Both the position numbers and the translations under genes were made by a program. Under the pieces are notes generated by a model. The model did not search any database. It saw only the letters and a program-made list of their open reading frames with translations, and was not told where the DNA came from. A stretch of DNA of 64,000 bases from Dendrobates tinctorius (lineage: Eukaryota), in contig NW_027361802.1 of the NCBI RefSeq assembly GCF_039654945.1, positions 17,236,001-17,300,000 of the forward strand, written 5' to 3'. Below, one piece after another: positions 48,351 to 61,000 of this stretch (the first letter of the stretch is position 1; each line of letters begins with the position of its first letter).

Positions 48351-51300
48351 AACATACTTTTTCTGGATAGCCAATAAAGGTATCACTACTAGAATACTTT
48401 AGTCATCATTGGGCAGAAAGGTAGTCACATCGATTTTTCTGGCTAACACAGTACCACAATATAATTTGTTATTGTACCTCATGATAATGGAGGATACCCT
48501 AATGTACGGATTACAGATGGATTTGAAAAACCTCATGAAGAAACTGGCACAAATGAATAGCGACATCTTCTTTCTCTCCAGATGCAAGAAGGAAAACCTA
48601 ACCCCTAAAGGCTTCATGATAAGGAATCCAACAATGTATATCTACAATACCCATTTTTCACAGAAACTTTGCTACAGATTATGTGAGAGACTGTGGAATC
48701 ATCTAATTGGATTTTCTACCACAAGAAGAGGACCATCGAAAAAGAGATAAATTACCTACAGGACCGAATACAAGGATCGTGTTCATGTCTAATCAAGGAG
48801 ACATTACAGGAATTCTACAATAATTTACAACATCACCTCATCACTAAGAAAAAGAAACTGGACAGACTCAGAAAGAAAGCAGGTCTCAATGTAGCTAAAG
48901 GTAAGCCTGATTTACAAAATCATTTGAATACATTATTCTCTGTTGTGAACTTCTCACAATATGAGCCAAGCACAGCAGAGAAATGAATGTTCAATCAAAG
49001 GGACTAATTCTGTCCTACAAAACAGCTTGATACGGCTCAGTTCTGTAGTGATATCAAGGAATTCTTCCGCAGATTGCGGCTCAAAGAATTCTTTCATAAC
49101 CATGCAGATATCACATCACAAGACAATGTGAACGACACAGCAAAAAAAGAAAAAGAGGACAAACTCGACCCCGCAACCTGAGCACAACCAAACTCTGGAT
49201 CACTACATAGACTGTTTTCGTAAAAAAGTTAAATCTGACATTTTGGTCAGACACCATACAGTGCCACACAATATCTGTATGGAGGAAAGAAAAGCCATAC
49301 AATCCTTAAAAACCAACAGCAATATCGTCATCAAAATACACTCCACTTCAGGAAGATCCCACCACAAAATACACAGAGGAACTAACACATATCATCAAAG
49401 GATTTGATTCTACTTCATCCTCACTGCTGGAACTAATACCAGACAATCCTCGAACAGGTACCTTCTACATGTTGCCCAAAATATATAAAGAAGGTAACCC
49501 TGGGAGGCCTATCATCTCTGGTATTGGGACTTTAACTGAGGATATCTCAGGCTGGGTGGAGAACATTCTTAAACCCTTGGTGAGGCGCACACCCAGCTAT
49601 ATCCAGGACACCACAGATATTCTTTGCAAATTGTCAGCGCTGGGCCCACATCCAGGGGACACAATACTAGCCACTATGGATGTATAGTATCTCTATTCCA
49701 ACATTCCTCATGAGGATGGAATTGCAGCATGCAAATATTTCCTTCAATAGAACAATCTAGCCACAGAACCAACACTGCAATTTATCAGGTTTGTGTTTCT
49801 TCACAACTATTTTTCCTTTGGGAACAATTTATACCAACAGTGTATGGGCAACGCCATGGGAAGCAAAATGTCCCCACAATATGCTAACCTATTATGCGAA
49901 ACTAGAGGAGGAATTTTTTGGCATCTTGCTCTGTTAAAGCTCTTGCATAGTTCCGCTACATTGATGATCTGCTAATAATCTGTACAGGCTCAAAAGATTA
50001 TCTGCTCACCTTTCACAATAACTTCAACAATTACCACCCAACCATAAAGCTCACCCTCAAATTTTCAAAGTCCCAAATACATTTTCTGGACATGACCATA
50101 TACATCAAGGACAATGTTTGATGAACCTAATCGCTGTGCAACTGCTGAATCTGCATTACTGTCTTTACGCCAGGGTAAACGTTCTGTGATTGAGTATGCT
50201 ACTGAATTTAGGAGATTAGTGGTAGATGCTAATTGGGACAGTTATGCACTATTACCTATTTTTAAGAGAGGTCTGTCTAGGATTGTACAGAATGAATTAG
50301 CCGGCTCTGAGTCACCACAAGAGCTAGAAGCAATTCTACATTTTGTGCTCATAGCAGGCATTCACCTTACTGAACATAGGCAGGAGAAATTGGCTGCATT
50401 TAACCGCATGTCTAACTTTTCCCTTGCTCCCAAAGAGTCTGCAGGTAAAACATCTTGGGAGGTAGAGGAAGTGCCCATGCAAATTGATTCCGTGCAGAGG
50501 CGTGAGAGTAATGAGTACCGGGAACATCGCCTTCGAGAAAGTCTATGTTTCTACTGCGGCCAATCTGACCACTTTCTATTCAACTATCCTAAGTATCCCA
50601 AGCGGCCTAACAAAGTGCTGGCAGTGGTAGGGGAGTATGACAACTGTGATGATGAATCTGACATCTCTCAATGTAGCCTACTATTAATCGCTGTATTCCA
50701 TTCACTTTCTATGACTTCACCTCCCAGAGAGCTGAAGGAAAAGAACTCTCACTGTTCTCTCCTTATTAAGATCTTGTGTTCAGGATAATGGATTTCCAGT
50801 GCAGCTATGATTGACTTTGGTGAAGGGGGCAATTTTACGGATATCACATTTGCCAAAGAACATGGTATTGAGATTTAGCGAAGAGCCTCTCCGATTACCA
50901 TGGAAACAGAGGATGGGTCACCTTTAATCTCTGGGCCTTTGGATCAGGAGACTGTACCCCTGGAGATTTTGTTGGAGCCTAATCATCAGGAGCAACTCTC
51001 TTTATTGTTAATCTCTTCTCCTCATTTTCCTGTGATTTTAGGCATCCCTTGGTTGCATTCTCAGAACCCGACTATGAACTGGGAGACCAAGGAGATCATC
51101 TTTCCCACGAGGAGCAACTCAGCAATAACTGAAGCTGTCCCTGAATCCACGGATACAGAATCTCCTGTACAGTTATTTACTTTACCTTCAGCATACAAGG
51201 AATTCTCTAACATCTGTGACAAGAAGAAAACAGATCACCTCCTCCATTTAGGCATTATTACTGTCCCATTGAGCTGCTTCCTGAGGCAGCTGTTCATTTC

Positions 51301-52209
51301 GGTAATGTATACCCTTTAGCGGCACCTGAGCTTCAAGCCTTAAAGGAGTATATTAATGAAAATCTGGCCAAAGGCTTCATACGTCCTTCTTCCTCACCAG
51401 CAGGGGCACCTATATTTTTTGTAAAGAAGAAGGATGGGACCCTGAGACTCTGTGTTGACTATCAGGAACTCCTTGATTCCCAAATTATTGGAAAGAGACC
51501 GGTATGCTAAGGTTTCCTCTAAGCTGGATCTTTGTGGGGCTTATAATTTGGTGCAAATTTGTTCCAGTGATGGATGGAAGACAGCATTCAGATGTCGGTA
51601 TGGATACTTTGAATATTTTGTGATGCCCTTCGGGCTTTGTAATGCCCCTGCAATGTTTCAACATATTGCTAATTATATTTTCAGAGATTTATTGGACCAG
51701 TTTGTAATGATCTATTTGGACAATATTCTCATTTTTTCTGACTCCCTGCAGGAACATGAAGAACATGTCAAATCTGTTTTGAGTAGTGTTGAGCATTCCG
51801 ATACCGCAAGTATCGGGTATCGGCCGATATTAGCGGTATCGGAATTCCGATACTGACTTCCGATACTTTTGTCATATCGGATACCGGAATCGGAAGTTCC
51901 CATCATGCTATGAGCCTGCTTGCTTTGATTAAGCCAATGGGAATCCTCCGAAGTGTGGGCACATCCTGTTAGGCATGTAGGCATGTTAACTATTGGCATG
52001 GCTGTGATTGGCTGCCGAAATGATGTCATGATGCACTATAAAAGCCACCGTAGCCGCCATTTCTGGTTCACTCTGCTGTGAATTCAGTTAGGGACAGGCT
52101 GCTGTAGAAGACTGTGAGGGACAGTTAGAAATAGCGATTCCACCAAACATCTAGTGCTTTACCCAGGCTACATAAACCACCACTGTAGCCTTCTTTGCCC
52201 TAGCAGCAG

Positions 52210-52950
52210 TGTTCACAGCTGTCTGCAAGGGCTGTGTGAGTGCAGCTCACGCTGTGGAGTGGGTCCTGCAGCCACTTCAGGCTGTAGGCCACCCAGTGTG
52301 ATCACTGCTGCCTCATACATCTTTTAATTTTTGAGCTGCATTTTTTACATAATTTCAATCTAGTGTGCTTCCATCCGTATCCATATACGTTGGTTGCAAA
52401 CACTAGTAGTAGACAGCGGAGCCTTTCTGCAGCCTTTCAGTGCTAGTGTCCACTTTGCTGCACTGTTCACGGCTGTCTGAGAGGTCTCTGACTGTGTGTG
52501 AGTGCAGCTCACGCTGAGTAGTGTGTCCTGCAGCTACGTCTGGTTGTAGGACGCTCAGCGTGCGTCAGTGCCTCACACATATTTGTATTTGAGTGCAGCT
52601 CATTTTTTCTTCTATTAGTGTGCATCCATCCGTCTCCATCTACGGTGGTTGCAAACACTATATAGGAGTACACAGCGGAGCCTTTCTGCAGCCTGTCAGT
52701 GCCAGTGCCCACTTAGCTGCACTGTTCACGGCTGTCTGAGAGGTCTCTGACTGTGTGTGAGTGCAGCTCACGCTGAGTAGGGTGTCCTGCAGCTACGTCT
52801 GGTTGTAGGACGCTCAACGTGCGTCACTGCCTCACACATATTTGTCTTTGAGTGCAGCTCATTTTTTCTTCTCCTATTAGTGTGCATCCATCCGTATCCA
52901 TCAACATTGGTTGGTTGCAAACACTATATAGGAGTAGATAGAGGAGCCTT
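52210..52950. repeat. ~255-260-bp tandem repeats upstream of the hAT transposase (about 3 copies)
   Basis: TTCAC(A/G)GCTGTCTG...GAGTGCAGCTCACGCTG recurs at ~52212, ~52466 and ~52725. Confidence 0.8.
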
Positions 52951-53303
52951 TTTTCTGGCTTGTGCCCCAGCCAGATTAGTATTACCCAATTTTTTTGGAG
53001 CCTCATCTTTTGCATTGTAGGTTACCTGCCTGCATTGTAATAGCTCCAAAAAGTTGGTGATACTATCAGTTTCAATTCTTTGTTCACATACTTTGAGTTT
53101 GTTTCCAACAAAGAAACCACAAAAAAAGTTCACCAAACACTACATTTGGAACTTGTGTAGGCCACATCAGCTCCTATTAAAGTGTAGTCCACACACACAC
53201 TTCATAAAATTAGTGTTTCTTGTACCTGTAACCAGCTGTTCAGGAATAAGCACACTAAGGCCCCCCTTTGTACTTTTCTGCCTATCTTAAGCAGTCTGGC
53301 AAG

Positions 53304-56300
53304 ATGAAGAAGGCAGGGAGTAAGGCGCGTGGGCGTGGGCGTGGGCGTGGAGTTTCAGCAGGGAGAGGACGTGGGGATTCTGCAGGTAGAGGACGTGGGG
53401 ATTCTGGGCCTGCTGTGGGCACCAGTGGATCAGCATCCCCCAGTTTTAGCAGGCAACAGTCCTTTATGAGCAGCTTTGTAGGACCTCAACGTACCCCACT
53501 GCTGCGGGAGGAACAAATTGAAGCCGTTGTTGGATGGATGGCAGCTAACGCATCGACTTCAATTACTTCCGCATCCTCTCAGGACCAGAGCACCGAAGAG
53601 CAACCATCTGTCTCTTCACCACCTGCCAAAGTGCCCAGGCAGTCAGAGAGACATGGACAGGAGCCATCACAGTCTCTACTTCTGTTCTCGGAATCTGTTG
53701 GCTTGGAAAGAGGGGGCCAGCCAAGCAGCATTCCTGAATGTGAAGAAGAGGGAGTATGCAGTGATGCGCAACTTCTTTGTCCCTCTGAATCTGAAGAGGC
53801 GAGTGGGCCAGTGCCTATGGTCAGCACACCTCAGTACGCATCAGATGATGACGAGACTCAGTTGCCACTTTCTGGTGCGTACGGTGCTGGCGAGACAACC
53901 CCGGAGAAGCAGCTGTTTGAAGAGGGGAGGGAAGATGATGAGGTCCTTGACCCATCATGGCGTGAGGAACAGGAAGGTGGTGGGAGCAGCTCGGAGGAAG
54001 AGATTCCCCTACCGGCCAAAATAGGAGGCAGAGGGAGGGGGAAGACTTGGTTGCCTGTACCCTCCACTTCGGCACTCGTTAGGAGCATTCCTCATTCCAA
54101 AGGCAAAACGGGCACTCCAAAGACTTGCAGTGCGTGGTCCTTTTTTGACACAGTTGCAGATGACATTTGCTTTGTCAAATGCAAGCTGTGTCATCAGAAA
54201 GTCAAAAGAGGGAGAAATGTCAGCAACCTCAATACCACAAATATGTGGAAACATGTGCGCACAAAGCACGAGTTGGAGTTGCAGAGACACCCTGAAGACG
54301 TAGGCCAACGTACAGCACCACCTACCACCTCTTCAGTTCGTGTTGGGGCCTCTTCCTCCAGCTCACACACTGCTGGTTCGGCTTCCTCACAGGATCGCCA
54401 AGGAAGAACCTCTGCCACTGTTGTCCGGAGACCCTGTCAGATTCCACCCATAGCAGCACGTTCCCATCCATCACAGCCATCGGTAGCACAGGCATGGGAT
54501 AAAAGGCGCCCTTACTCGGCAAACCATCCCCGAGCACAGTCTCTGAATGCTGGCATTGCCAAACTTCTGGCAGTTGAAATGCTGTCATTCAGGCTGGTGG
54601 ACACTGACACCTTCCGGGACTTAATGGCATTGGCAGTCCCCCAATACAACGTGCCCAGCCACTGTTATTTCAGCAGGCGAGCCGTCCCTGCCCTGCAGAA
54701 ACATGTTGAGGGCAAAATAAAACATGCGCTACTAAACGCCGTTAGTAGCAAGGTCCACCTGACCACCGATGCGTGGACCAGTAACTATGGACAGGGACGA
54801 TACCTTTCCCTCACTGCCCACTGGGTCAATGTTGTGGAGCCGGGTACAGATCTGGAGAGTGGCGCTGTACGTGTTCTTCCAACGCCACAGATTGCAGGAC
54901 TTCAGTCTGTACACATAGACTCCTCCTCCTACTCAAGTTCCTCAGAAACAGCAGAGCAGGAGCCTGTTACGACCGATATGAGCACAGCCGTGGCCAAACG
55001 TCAACAGGCTGTACTCAAATTAATTTCTTTGGGGAATCGAAGCCACACAGCGCAGGGGCTCTGGAGTGCTATCAAGCAGGAGAGCGATGTGTGGTTTGGG
55101 CCAGCGAATCTCCAGCCGGGCTTGGTAGTGTGTGACAATGGCCGAAATCTGGTGGCAGCTCTTGGCCTAGGCAACCTCACACACATCCCATGTCTGGCAC
55201 ATGTGCTTAACTTGGTCGTGCAGAGCTTTCTGAGGGACTATCCGGATCTTGATGCACTGTTGCACAAGGTCCGCATAGAGTGCGCTCACTTGCGGCGTTC
55301 CAGCACGGCAAGATCGCGCCTCGCTGCTCTGCAGCGACGATTTGGCCTTCCGGAACATCGCATCATATGTGACCTACCCACCCAGTGGAATTCAACGTTA
55401 CATATGTTGGAGCGGTTGTGTGAGCAGCAGGCAGCAGTCATGGAGTACCAGCTGCATCAGGCACAAACAAGTCGCACTGTGCGCCGTTCACACTTCAGCA
55501 CCATTGAGTGGGCCTCTATGAAGGACATCTGCCTCGTTTTGCGTGCCTTCGATGAATCCACGCGGATGGCGAGTGCAGATGATGCACTAGTCAGCATGAC
55601 TGTCCCCCTTATCTGCCTGCTTCAAAAAACACTGCAAGCACTAAGGGATGAGGTTTCGGAAGAGGTGGAGGATGAGGAGTCCCAAATGCCATCTGCTTCT
55701 GGACAGTCTGCGCTACGTGTTTCCTCACAAAGGCCTAGGCAGGGGACACTTTGTGAGGAGGATGAGGAGGAGTCGATGGAGGAGGAAGACATCTCTCCAG
55801 AGGAGGGAGGTACACAAACCTCTACTCAGTATGTACAGCGAGGGTGGGGTGATGCAGAGCAGGCCGAGGTCACGCCTCAAACAGGGGAAAGCGGTTCTTT
55901 GGCAGTTGGGAGTCTGCAGCACATGGTTGATTTCATGCTGCAGTGCCTGAGAAACGACCGCCACATCGCCCACATTCTTGTCTCGGCTGATTATTGGGTG
56001 TACACCCTCCTAGATCCTCGCTACCGGGACAGCGTACAAAGGCTCATACCAACGTTGAACCGGGAGCGTAAACTGCGGGAGTACGAAGAGTCACTGGTGC
56101 AGTCCATAATGTTTTCCATTCCACCCGACAGCATTGTTGCTAGTGCTTTACAAAGCAGCTCTGTGCGTCGAGGCAGTGGAGGAAACTCTGCACAAAGAGG
56201 GAGCAGAGGCAGCGCCGCAGCACAAGGCAAGACCACTATGGCCCAAATGTGGCAAAGTTTTGTGTGTCCACCACAATTGTCTACACCATCAGCGACGCCT

Positions 56301-56621
56301 CGAGTCAGCAGGAGGCAACGCTTCCGTCAGATGGTGTCAGACTACATGTCTTGTCCTGTCGCTGTACTCCCAGATGGCTCTTCCCCCTTCAAGTTTTGGG
56401 TCTCTAAGCTGGATACATGGCCAGAGCTTAGCCAGTATGCATTGGAGGTGCTGGCTTGCCCTGCTGCCAGTGTATTATCGGAACGCGTCTTTAGTGCCGC
56501 AGGTGGTGTACTAACAGACCGTCGCACGCGACTATCTTCCGATAATGTTGACCGGCTGACTTTTCTGAAAATGAACAAGGCCTGGATCTCCAAAGACTTT
56601 GCCATTCCTCTTACAGACTAA
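53304..56621 (+). CDS. hAT transposase (BED zinc finger, DDE core, hATC domain), 1105 aa from the ATG at 53304
   Basis: N-terminal RG repeats; W..F...CKLC...H...H BED finger; LTTDAWTS, VCDNGRN, CLAHVLNL, TQWNST, SERVFSAAG; no stops. Confidence 0.93.
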   Translation: MKKAGSKARGRGRGRGVSAGRGRGDSAGRGRGDSGPAVGTSGSASPSFSRQQSFMSSFVGPQRTPLLREEQIEAVVGWMAANASTSITSASSQDQSTEEQPSVSSPPAKVPRQSERHGQEPSQSLLLFSESVGLERGGQPSSIPECEEEGVCSDAQLLCPSESEEASGPVPMVSTPQYASDDDETQLPLSGAYGAGETTPEKQLFEEGREDDEVLDPSWREEQEGGGSSSEEEIPLPAKIGGRGRGKTWLPVPSTSALVRSIPHSKGKTGTPKTCSAWSFFDTVADDICFVKCKLCHQKVKRGRNVSNLNTTNMWKHVRTKHELELQRHPEDVGQRTAPPTTSSVRVGASSSSSHTAGSASSQDRQGRTSATVVRRPCQIPPIAARSHPSQPSVAQAWDKRRPYSANHPRAQSLNAGIAKLLAVEMLSFRLVDTDTFRDLMALAVPQYNVPSHCYFSRRAVPALQKHVEGKIKHALLNAVSSKVHLTTDAWTSNYGQGRYLSLTAHWVNVVEPGTDLESGAVRVLPTPQIAGLQSVHIDSSSYSSSSETAEQEPVTTDMSTAVAKRQQAVLKLISLGNRSHTAQGLWSAIKQESDVWFGPANLQPGLVVCDNGRNLVAALGLGNLTHIPCLAHVLNLVVQSFLRDYPDLDALLHKVRIECAHLRRSSTARSRLAALQRRFGLPEHRIICDLPTQWNSTLHMLERLCEQQAAVMEYQLHQAQTSRTVRRSHFSTIEWASMKDICLVLRAFDESTRMASADDALVSMTVPLICLLQKTLQALRDEVSEEVEDEESQMPSASGQSALRVSSQRPRQGTLCEEDEEESMEEEDISPEEGGTQTSTQYVQRGWGDAEQAEVTPQTGESGSLAVGSLQHMVDFMLQCLRNDRHIAHILVSADYWVYTLLDPRYRDSVQRLIPTLNRERKLREYEESLVQSIMFSIPPDSIVASALQSSSVRRGSGGNSAQRGSRGSAAAQGKTTMAQMWQSFVCPPQLSTPSATPRVSRRQRFRQMVSDYMSCPVAVLPDGSSPFKFWVSKLDTWPELSQYALEVLACPAASVLSERVFSAAGGVLTDRRTRLSSDNVDRLTFLKMNKAWISKDFAIPLTD

Positions 56622-56659
56622 ATTAGTGGTTGGCAACTGTATCCAGGTCTGCTGGTGTG

Positions 56660-59600
56660 TTCATTTTTCTACCACCTGAACTATAATTCCTGTGCTTCAA
56701 CACAGCCAGTTGTCGCTCAGATGTGTCATCTGCACAGAGAAACACACTAGCTCTTGTGTTAGTGGGGTTCAGTAACGCCAGCTGATCCCCTGCTGTGTGG
56801 ACGGCAAAGTCACCAGCTCCATCAACATTCAAACCACTACTGATTTTTAACCGTGCCCAACTTAGGTCTCTGGCTCCACTGTCTCTACTATTTCCCCTGG
56901 CCTCCAACCCCGCCATCTACATCTCTGAAGTGGCGTCAGCACAATCTACACTTGTTCCTGTGTTCCTGTGGCTCAGTCCCATCAGTTTATCCCCTGATGT
57001 GTGTCCGGCAAAGTCTCCTGCTCTGTCCACATTCCCATAATCAGTAGTGGGAATGAGGACAGAGCTGGCGAACTTGCCGGACAAACATCAGGGGATCAAC
57101 TGACGGGACTGAGCACCAGTAACACAGGAACAAGTGTAGATTGTGCTGACGCCACTTCAGAGATGTAGCTGGCGGGGTTGGAGGCCAGGGTAAATAGTAG
57201 AGACAGTGGAGCCAGAGGCCTAAGTGGAGCATGGTTAGAATCAGTAGTAGTCAACAACCTCCATAAAAACCGCTGCCCATTGGCCTCTGCATGCGGCATG
57301 CGTAATCCTGGGCTCCAACAGCGTCAGTTGGTGTTCAGAAGTGTCGTCTCCACAGAGCCAAACACATTTGTTCAAGTGTTAGTGGGTTTCAGCACTGCCA
57401 GCTGTTCCCCTGCTGTGGAGATGGCAAGTCTCCTGCTGCCTTCACCTACCAAAAGCAACAGGCCCCAGCCTGCTCTTCGCCTAATCCTGGGCTCCAACAG
57501 CGTCAGTTGGTGTTCAGAAGTGTCGTCTCCACAGAGCCAAACACATTCGTTCAAGTGTTAGTGGGGTTCAGCACTGCCAGCTGTTCCCCTGCTGTGGAGA
57601 TGGCAAGTCTCCTGCTGCCTACACCAGCCAAAATCCAGTAGGCCCCAGCCTGCTCCACGCCTGATCCTGGGCTCCAACAGCGTCAGTTGGTGTTCAGAAG
57701 TGTCGTCTCCACAGAGCCAAACACACTCGTTCACGTGTTAGTGGGGTTCAGCACTGCCAGCTGTTCCCCTGCTGTGGAGATGGCAAGTCTCCTGCTGCCT
57801 ACACCAGCCAAAATCCAGTAGGCCCCAGCCTGCTCCACGCCTGATCCTGGGCTCCAACAGCGTCAGTTGGTGTTCAGAAGTGTCGTCTCCACAGAGCCAA
57901 ACACATTCGTTCAAGTGTTAGTGGGGTTCAGCACTGCCAGCTGTTCCCCTGCTGTGGAGATGGCAAGTCTCCTGCTGCCTACACCAGCCAAAATCCAGTA
58001 GGCCCCAGCCTGCTCCACGCCTGATCCTGGGCTCCAACAGCGTCAGTTGGTGTTCAGAAGTGTCATCTCCACAGAGCCAAACACATTCGTTCAAGTGTTA
58101 GTGGGGTTCAGCACTGCCAGCTGATCCCCTGCTGTGTGGATGGCAAAGTCTCCTGCTGCCTACACAGTCCTACTACTACTGATTTTTAACCGTGCTCCAC
58201 TTAGGCCTGTGGCTTCACTGATTTTCGTATTTCCCCTGTCCTCCAACCCCGCCAGTTACAGCTCCGAAGTGGCGTCTGCACAATCCACACTTGTTCCTGT
58301 GTTACAGGTGTTCAGTCCGGTCAGTTAATCCCCTGATGTGTGTCCGGCAATGTCGCCTGCTCTGTCCACATTCCCATAACTACTTATGGGAATGTGGACA
58401 GAGCAGGCGACATTGCCGGACACACATCAGGGGATTAACTGACCGGACTGAACACCTGGAACACAGGAACAAGTGTGGATTGTGCAGACGCCACTTCGGA
58501 ACTGTAACTGGCGGGGTTGGAGGACAGGGGAAATACGAAAATCAGTGAAGCCACAGGCCTAAGTGGAGCTTGGTTAAAATTAGTAGAAGTCTACAATCGA
58601 TCTTAAAATTTCTTCAATGCAGCCTCAGCCTGCTCCGTGCTTGTCCCTGGGCTTCAACACAGCCAGTTGTAGCTCGGAAGTGCCGTCCACACGGAAAGAG
58701 ACACTTGCTGCCGTGTCTCAGTGGGGTTCAGTAACGCCAGCTGTTCCCCTGCTGTTTGGATGGCAGTCTCTCCTGCTGTCTCCGCATTCCAAAGACAGTA
58801 GGCCTCAGCCTACACCCAGATTTTGGCTGGGCTTCAACACAGCCAGTTGTAGCTCGGAAGTGCCGTCCACACGGAAAGAGACACTTGCTGCCGTGTCTCA
58901 GTGGGGTTCAGTAACGTCAGCTGTTCCCCTGCTGTGTGGATGGCAGTCTCTCCTGCTGTCTCCGCATTCCAAAGACAGTAGGCCTCTGCCTACACCCTCC
59001 TATTTCCTGGGCTTCAACACAGCCAGTTGTAGCTCGGAAGTGCCGTCCACACGGAAAGAGACACTTGCTCCCGTGTCTCAGTGGGGTTCAGTAACGCCAG
59101 CTGTTCCCCTGCTGTGTGGATGGCAGTCTCTCCTGCTGTCTCCACATTCCAAAGACAGTAGGCCTCTGCCTACACCCTCCTATTTCCTGGGCTTCAACAC
59201 AGCCAGTTGTAGCTCGGAAGTGCCGTCCACACGGAAAGAGACACTTGCTGCCGTGTCTCAGTGGGGTTCAGTAACGCCAGCTGTTCCCCTGCTGTGTGGA
59301 TGGCAGTCTCTCCTGCTGTCTCCGCATTCCAAAGACAGTAGGCCTCTGCCTACACCCTCCTATTTCCTGGGCTTCAAAACAGCCAGTTGTAGCTCGGAAG
59401 TGCCGTCCACACGGAAAGAGACACTTGCTCCCGTGTCTCAGTGGGGTTCAGTAACGCTAGTTGATCCCCTGCTGTGTGGATGGCAGTCTCTCCTGCTGTC
59501 TCCGCATTCCAAAGACAGTAGGCCTCTGCCTACACCCTCCTATTTCCTGGGCTTCAACACAGCCAGTTGTAGCTCGGAAGTGCCGTCCACACGGAAAGAG

Positions 59601-60700
59601 ACACTTGCTCCCGTATCTCAGTGGGGTTCAGTAACGCTAGCTGATCCCCTGCTGTGTGGATGACAGTCTCTCCTGCTGTCTCCGCATTCCAAAGACAGTA
59701 GGGCTCTGCCTACATCCTCCTATTTCCTGGGCTTCAACACAGCCAGTTGTAGCTCGGAAGTGCCGTCCACACGGAAAGAGACACTTGCTCCTGTGTGTCA
59801 GTGGGGTTCAGTAACGCCAGCTGTTCCCCTGCTGTGTGGATGGCAGTCTCTCCTGCTGTCTCCGCATTCCAAAGACAGTAGGCCTCTGCCTACACCCTCC
59901 TATTTCCTGGGCTTCAACACAGCCAGTTGTAGCTCGGAAGTGCCGTCCACACGGAAAGAGACACTTGCTCCCGTGTCTCAGTGGGGTTCAGTAACGCTAG
60001 CTGATCCCCTGCTGTGTGGATGGCAAAGTCTCCTGCTGCCTACACAGTCCTACTACTACTGACTTTTAACCGTGCTCCAATTAGGCCTGTGGCTCCACTG
60101 TCTCTCGTATTTCCCCTGTCCTCCAACCCTGCCAGTTACAGCTCCGAAGTGGCGTCTGCACAATCCACACTTGTTCCTGTGTTACAGGTGTTCAGTCCAG
60201 TCAGTTAATCCCCTGATGTGTGTTCGGCAATGTCGCCTGCTCTGTCCACATTCCCATTCCGGACACACATCAGGGGATTAACTGACCGGACTGAACACCT
60301 GTAACACAGGAACAAGTGTGAATTGTGCAGACGCCACTTCGGAGCTGTAACTGGCGGGGTTGGAGGACAGGGGAAATACGAAAATCAGTGAAGCCACAGG
60401 CCTAAGTGGAGCTTGGTTAAAATTAGTAGAAGTCTACAACCGATCTTAAAATTTCTTCAATGCAGCCTCAGCCTGCTCCGTGCTTGTCCCTGGGCTTCAA
60501 CACAGCCAGTTGTTGCTCGGAAGTGCCGTCTTCACAGAGTAAAACACTAGCTCCTGTGTTTGTGGGGTTCAGTAACGTCAGCTGTTCCCCTGCTGTTTTG
60601 ATGGCAATCTGTCCTGCTGCCTCCCAATTGACAGCACATCAGGCCTCAGCCTGCTAAGTGCTTGTCCCTGGGCTCCAACATCACCAGTTGCTGCTCATAA
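56660..60700. repeat. Higher-order array inside hAT: three ~400-bp palindromes alternating with 180-bp tandem arrays
   Basis: Palindromes ~56837-57247, ~58177-58585 and ~60057-60427; 180-bp units at 57304, 57484, 57664, 57844, 58024 and from ~58646 to ~60040. Confidence 0.9.
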
Positions 60701-61000
60701 CTGACTTTGGCACAGGTACTCCCTCCTGCCCAGCTTGGTTCCAGCCCTGCCTGCTGTTTCCGGGAAGTGTCAATGTCAGTTTGCCACCCCAAGTTGCCAT
60801 GTCGTGTTGCGGTTGGGTTAGCCAAGGCTAGGGTGCCAGCAGTTTAGGTGCTTCCTATGTGGACTGCGGGTTCTGGTAAGAAAGGCTTGTTCCGTAGTGC
60901 CAGTAGGACAAGCACCCCCTGTAGGACTGTGTGATTCGGTAACTGCGGCCAGCTTGCGGCATGCCAACTTTGCTTTTCAGGGGTAACTTCAGCTGCCCCT

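Larger units (their letters stand above)
42990..50114. mobile_element. Penelope-like element PLE-3 with divergent arms (minus ~42990-48015, plus ~48017-50114), decayed
   Basis: Minus arm: MGSKMSPQ|YANLF, YFRYIDD, VVYMIQCTRC...YIGET. Plus arm: pLTR, LPKIYKEGNPGRPIISG, MGSKMSPQYANL. The arms share sequence. Confidence 0.85.

Noticed and set aside
53268-56621. Domesticated ZBED-type host gene
   Set aside because: Flanked by TIRs and an 8-bp TSD and inserted into a Gypsy pol, so it is a transposon.
58617-59663. 348-aa ORF of 60-aa repeats
   Set aside because: A 180-bp unit is a multiple of three, so one stop-free frame propagates; a stop arises in a later unit and there is no domain signature.
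57300-60040. CRISPR-like array
   Set aside because: Eukaryotic context, whole 180-bp units repeated without unique spacers, and no cas genes.
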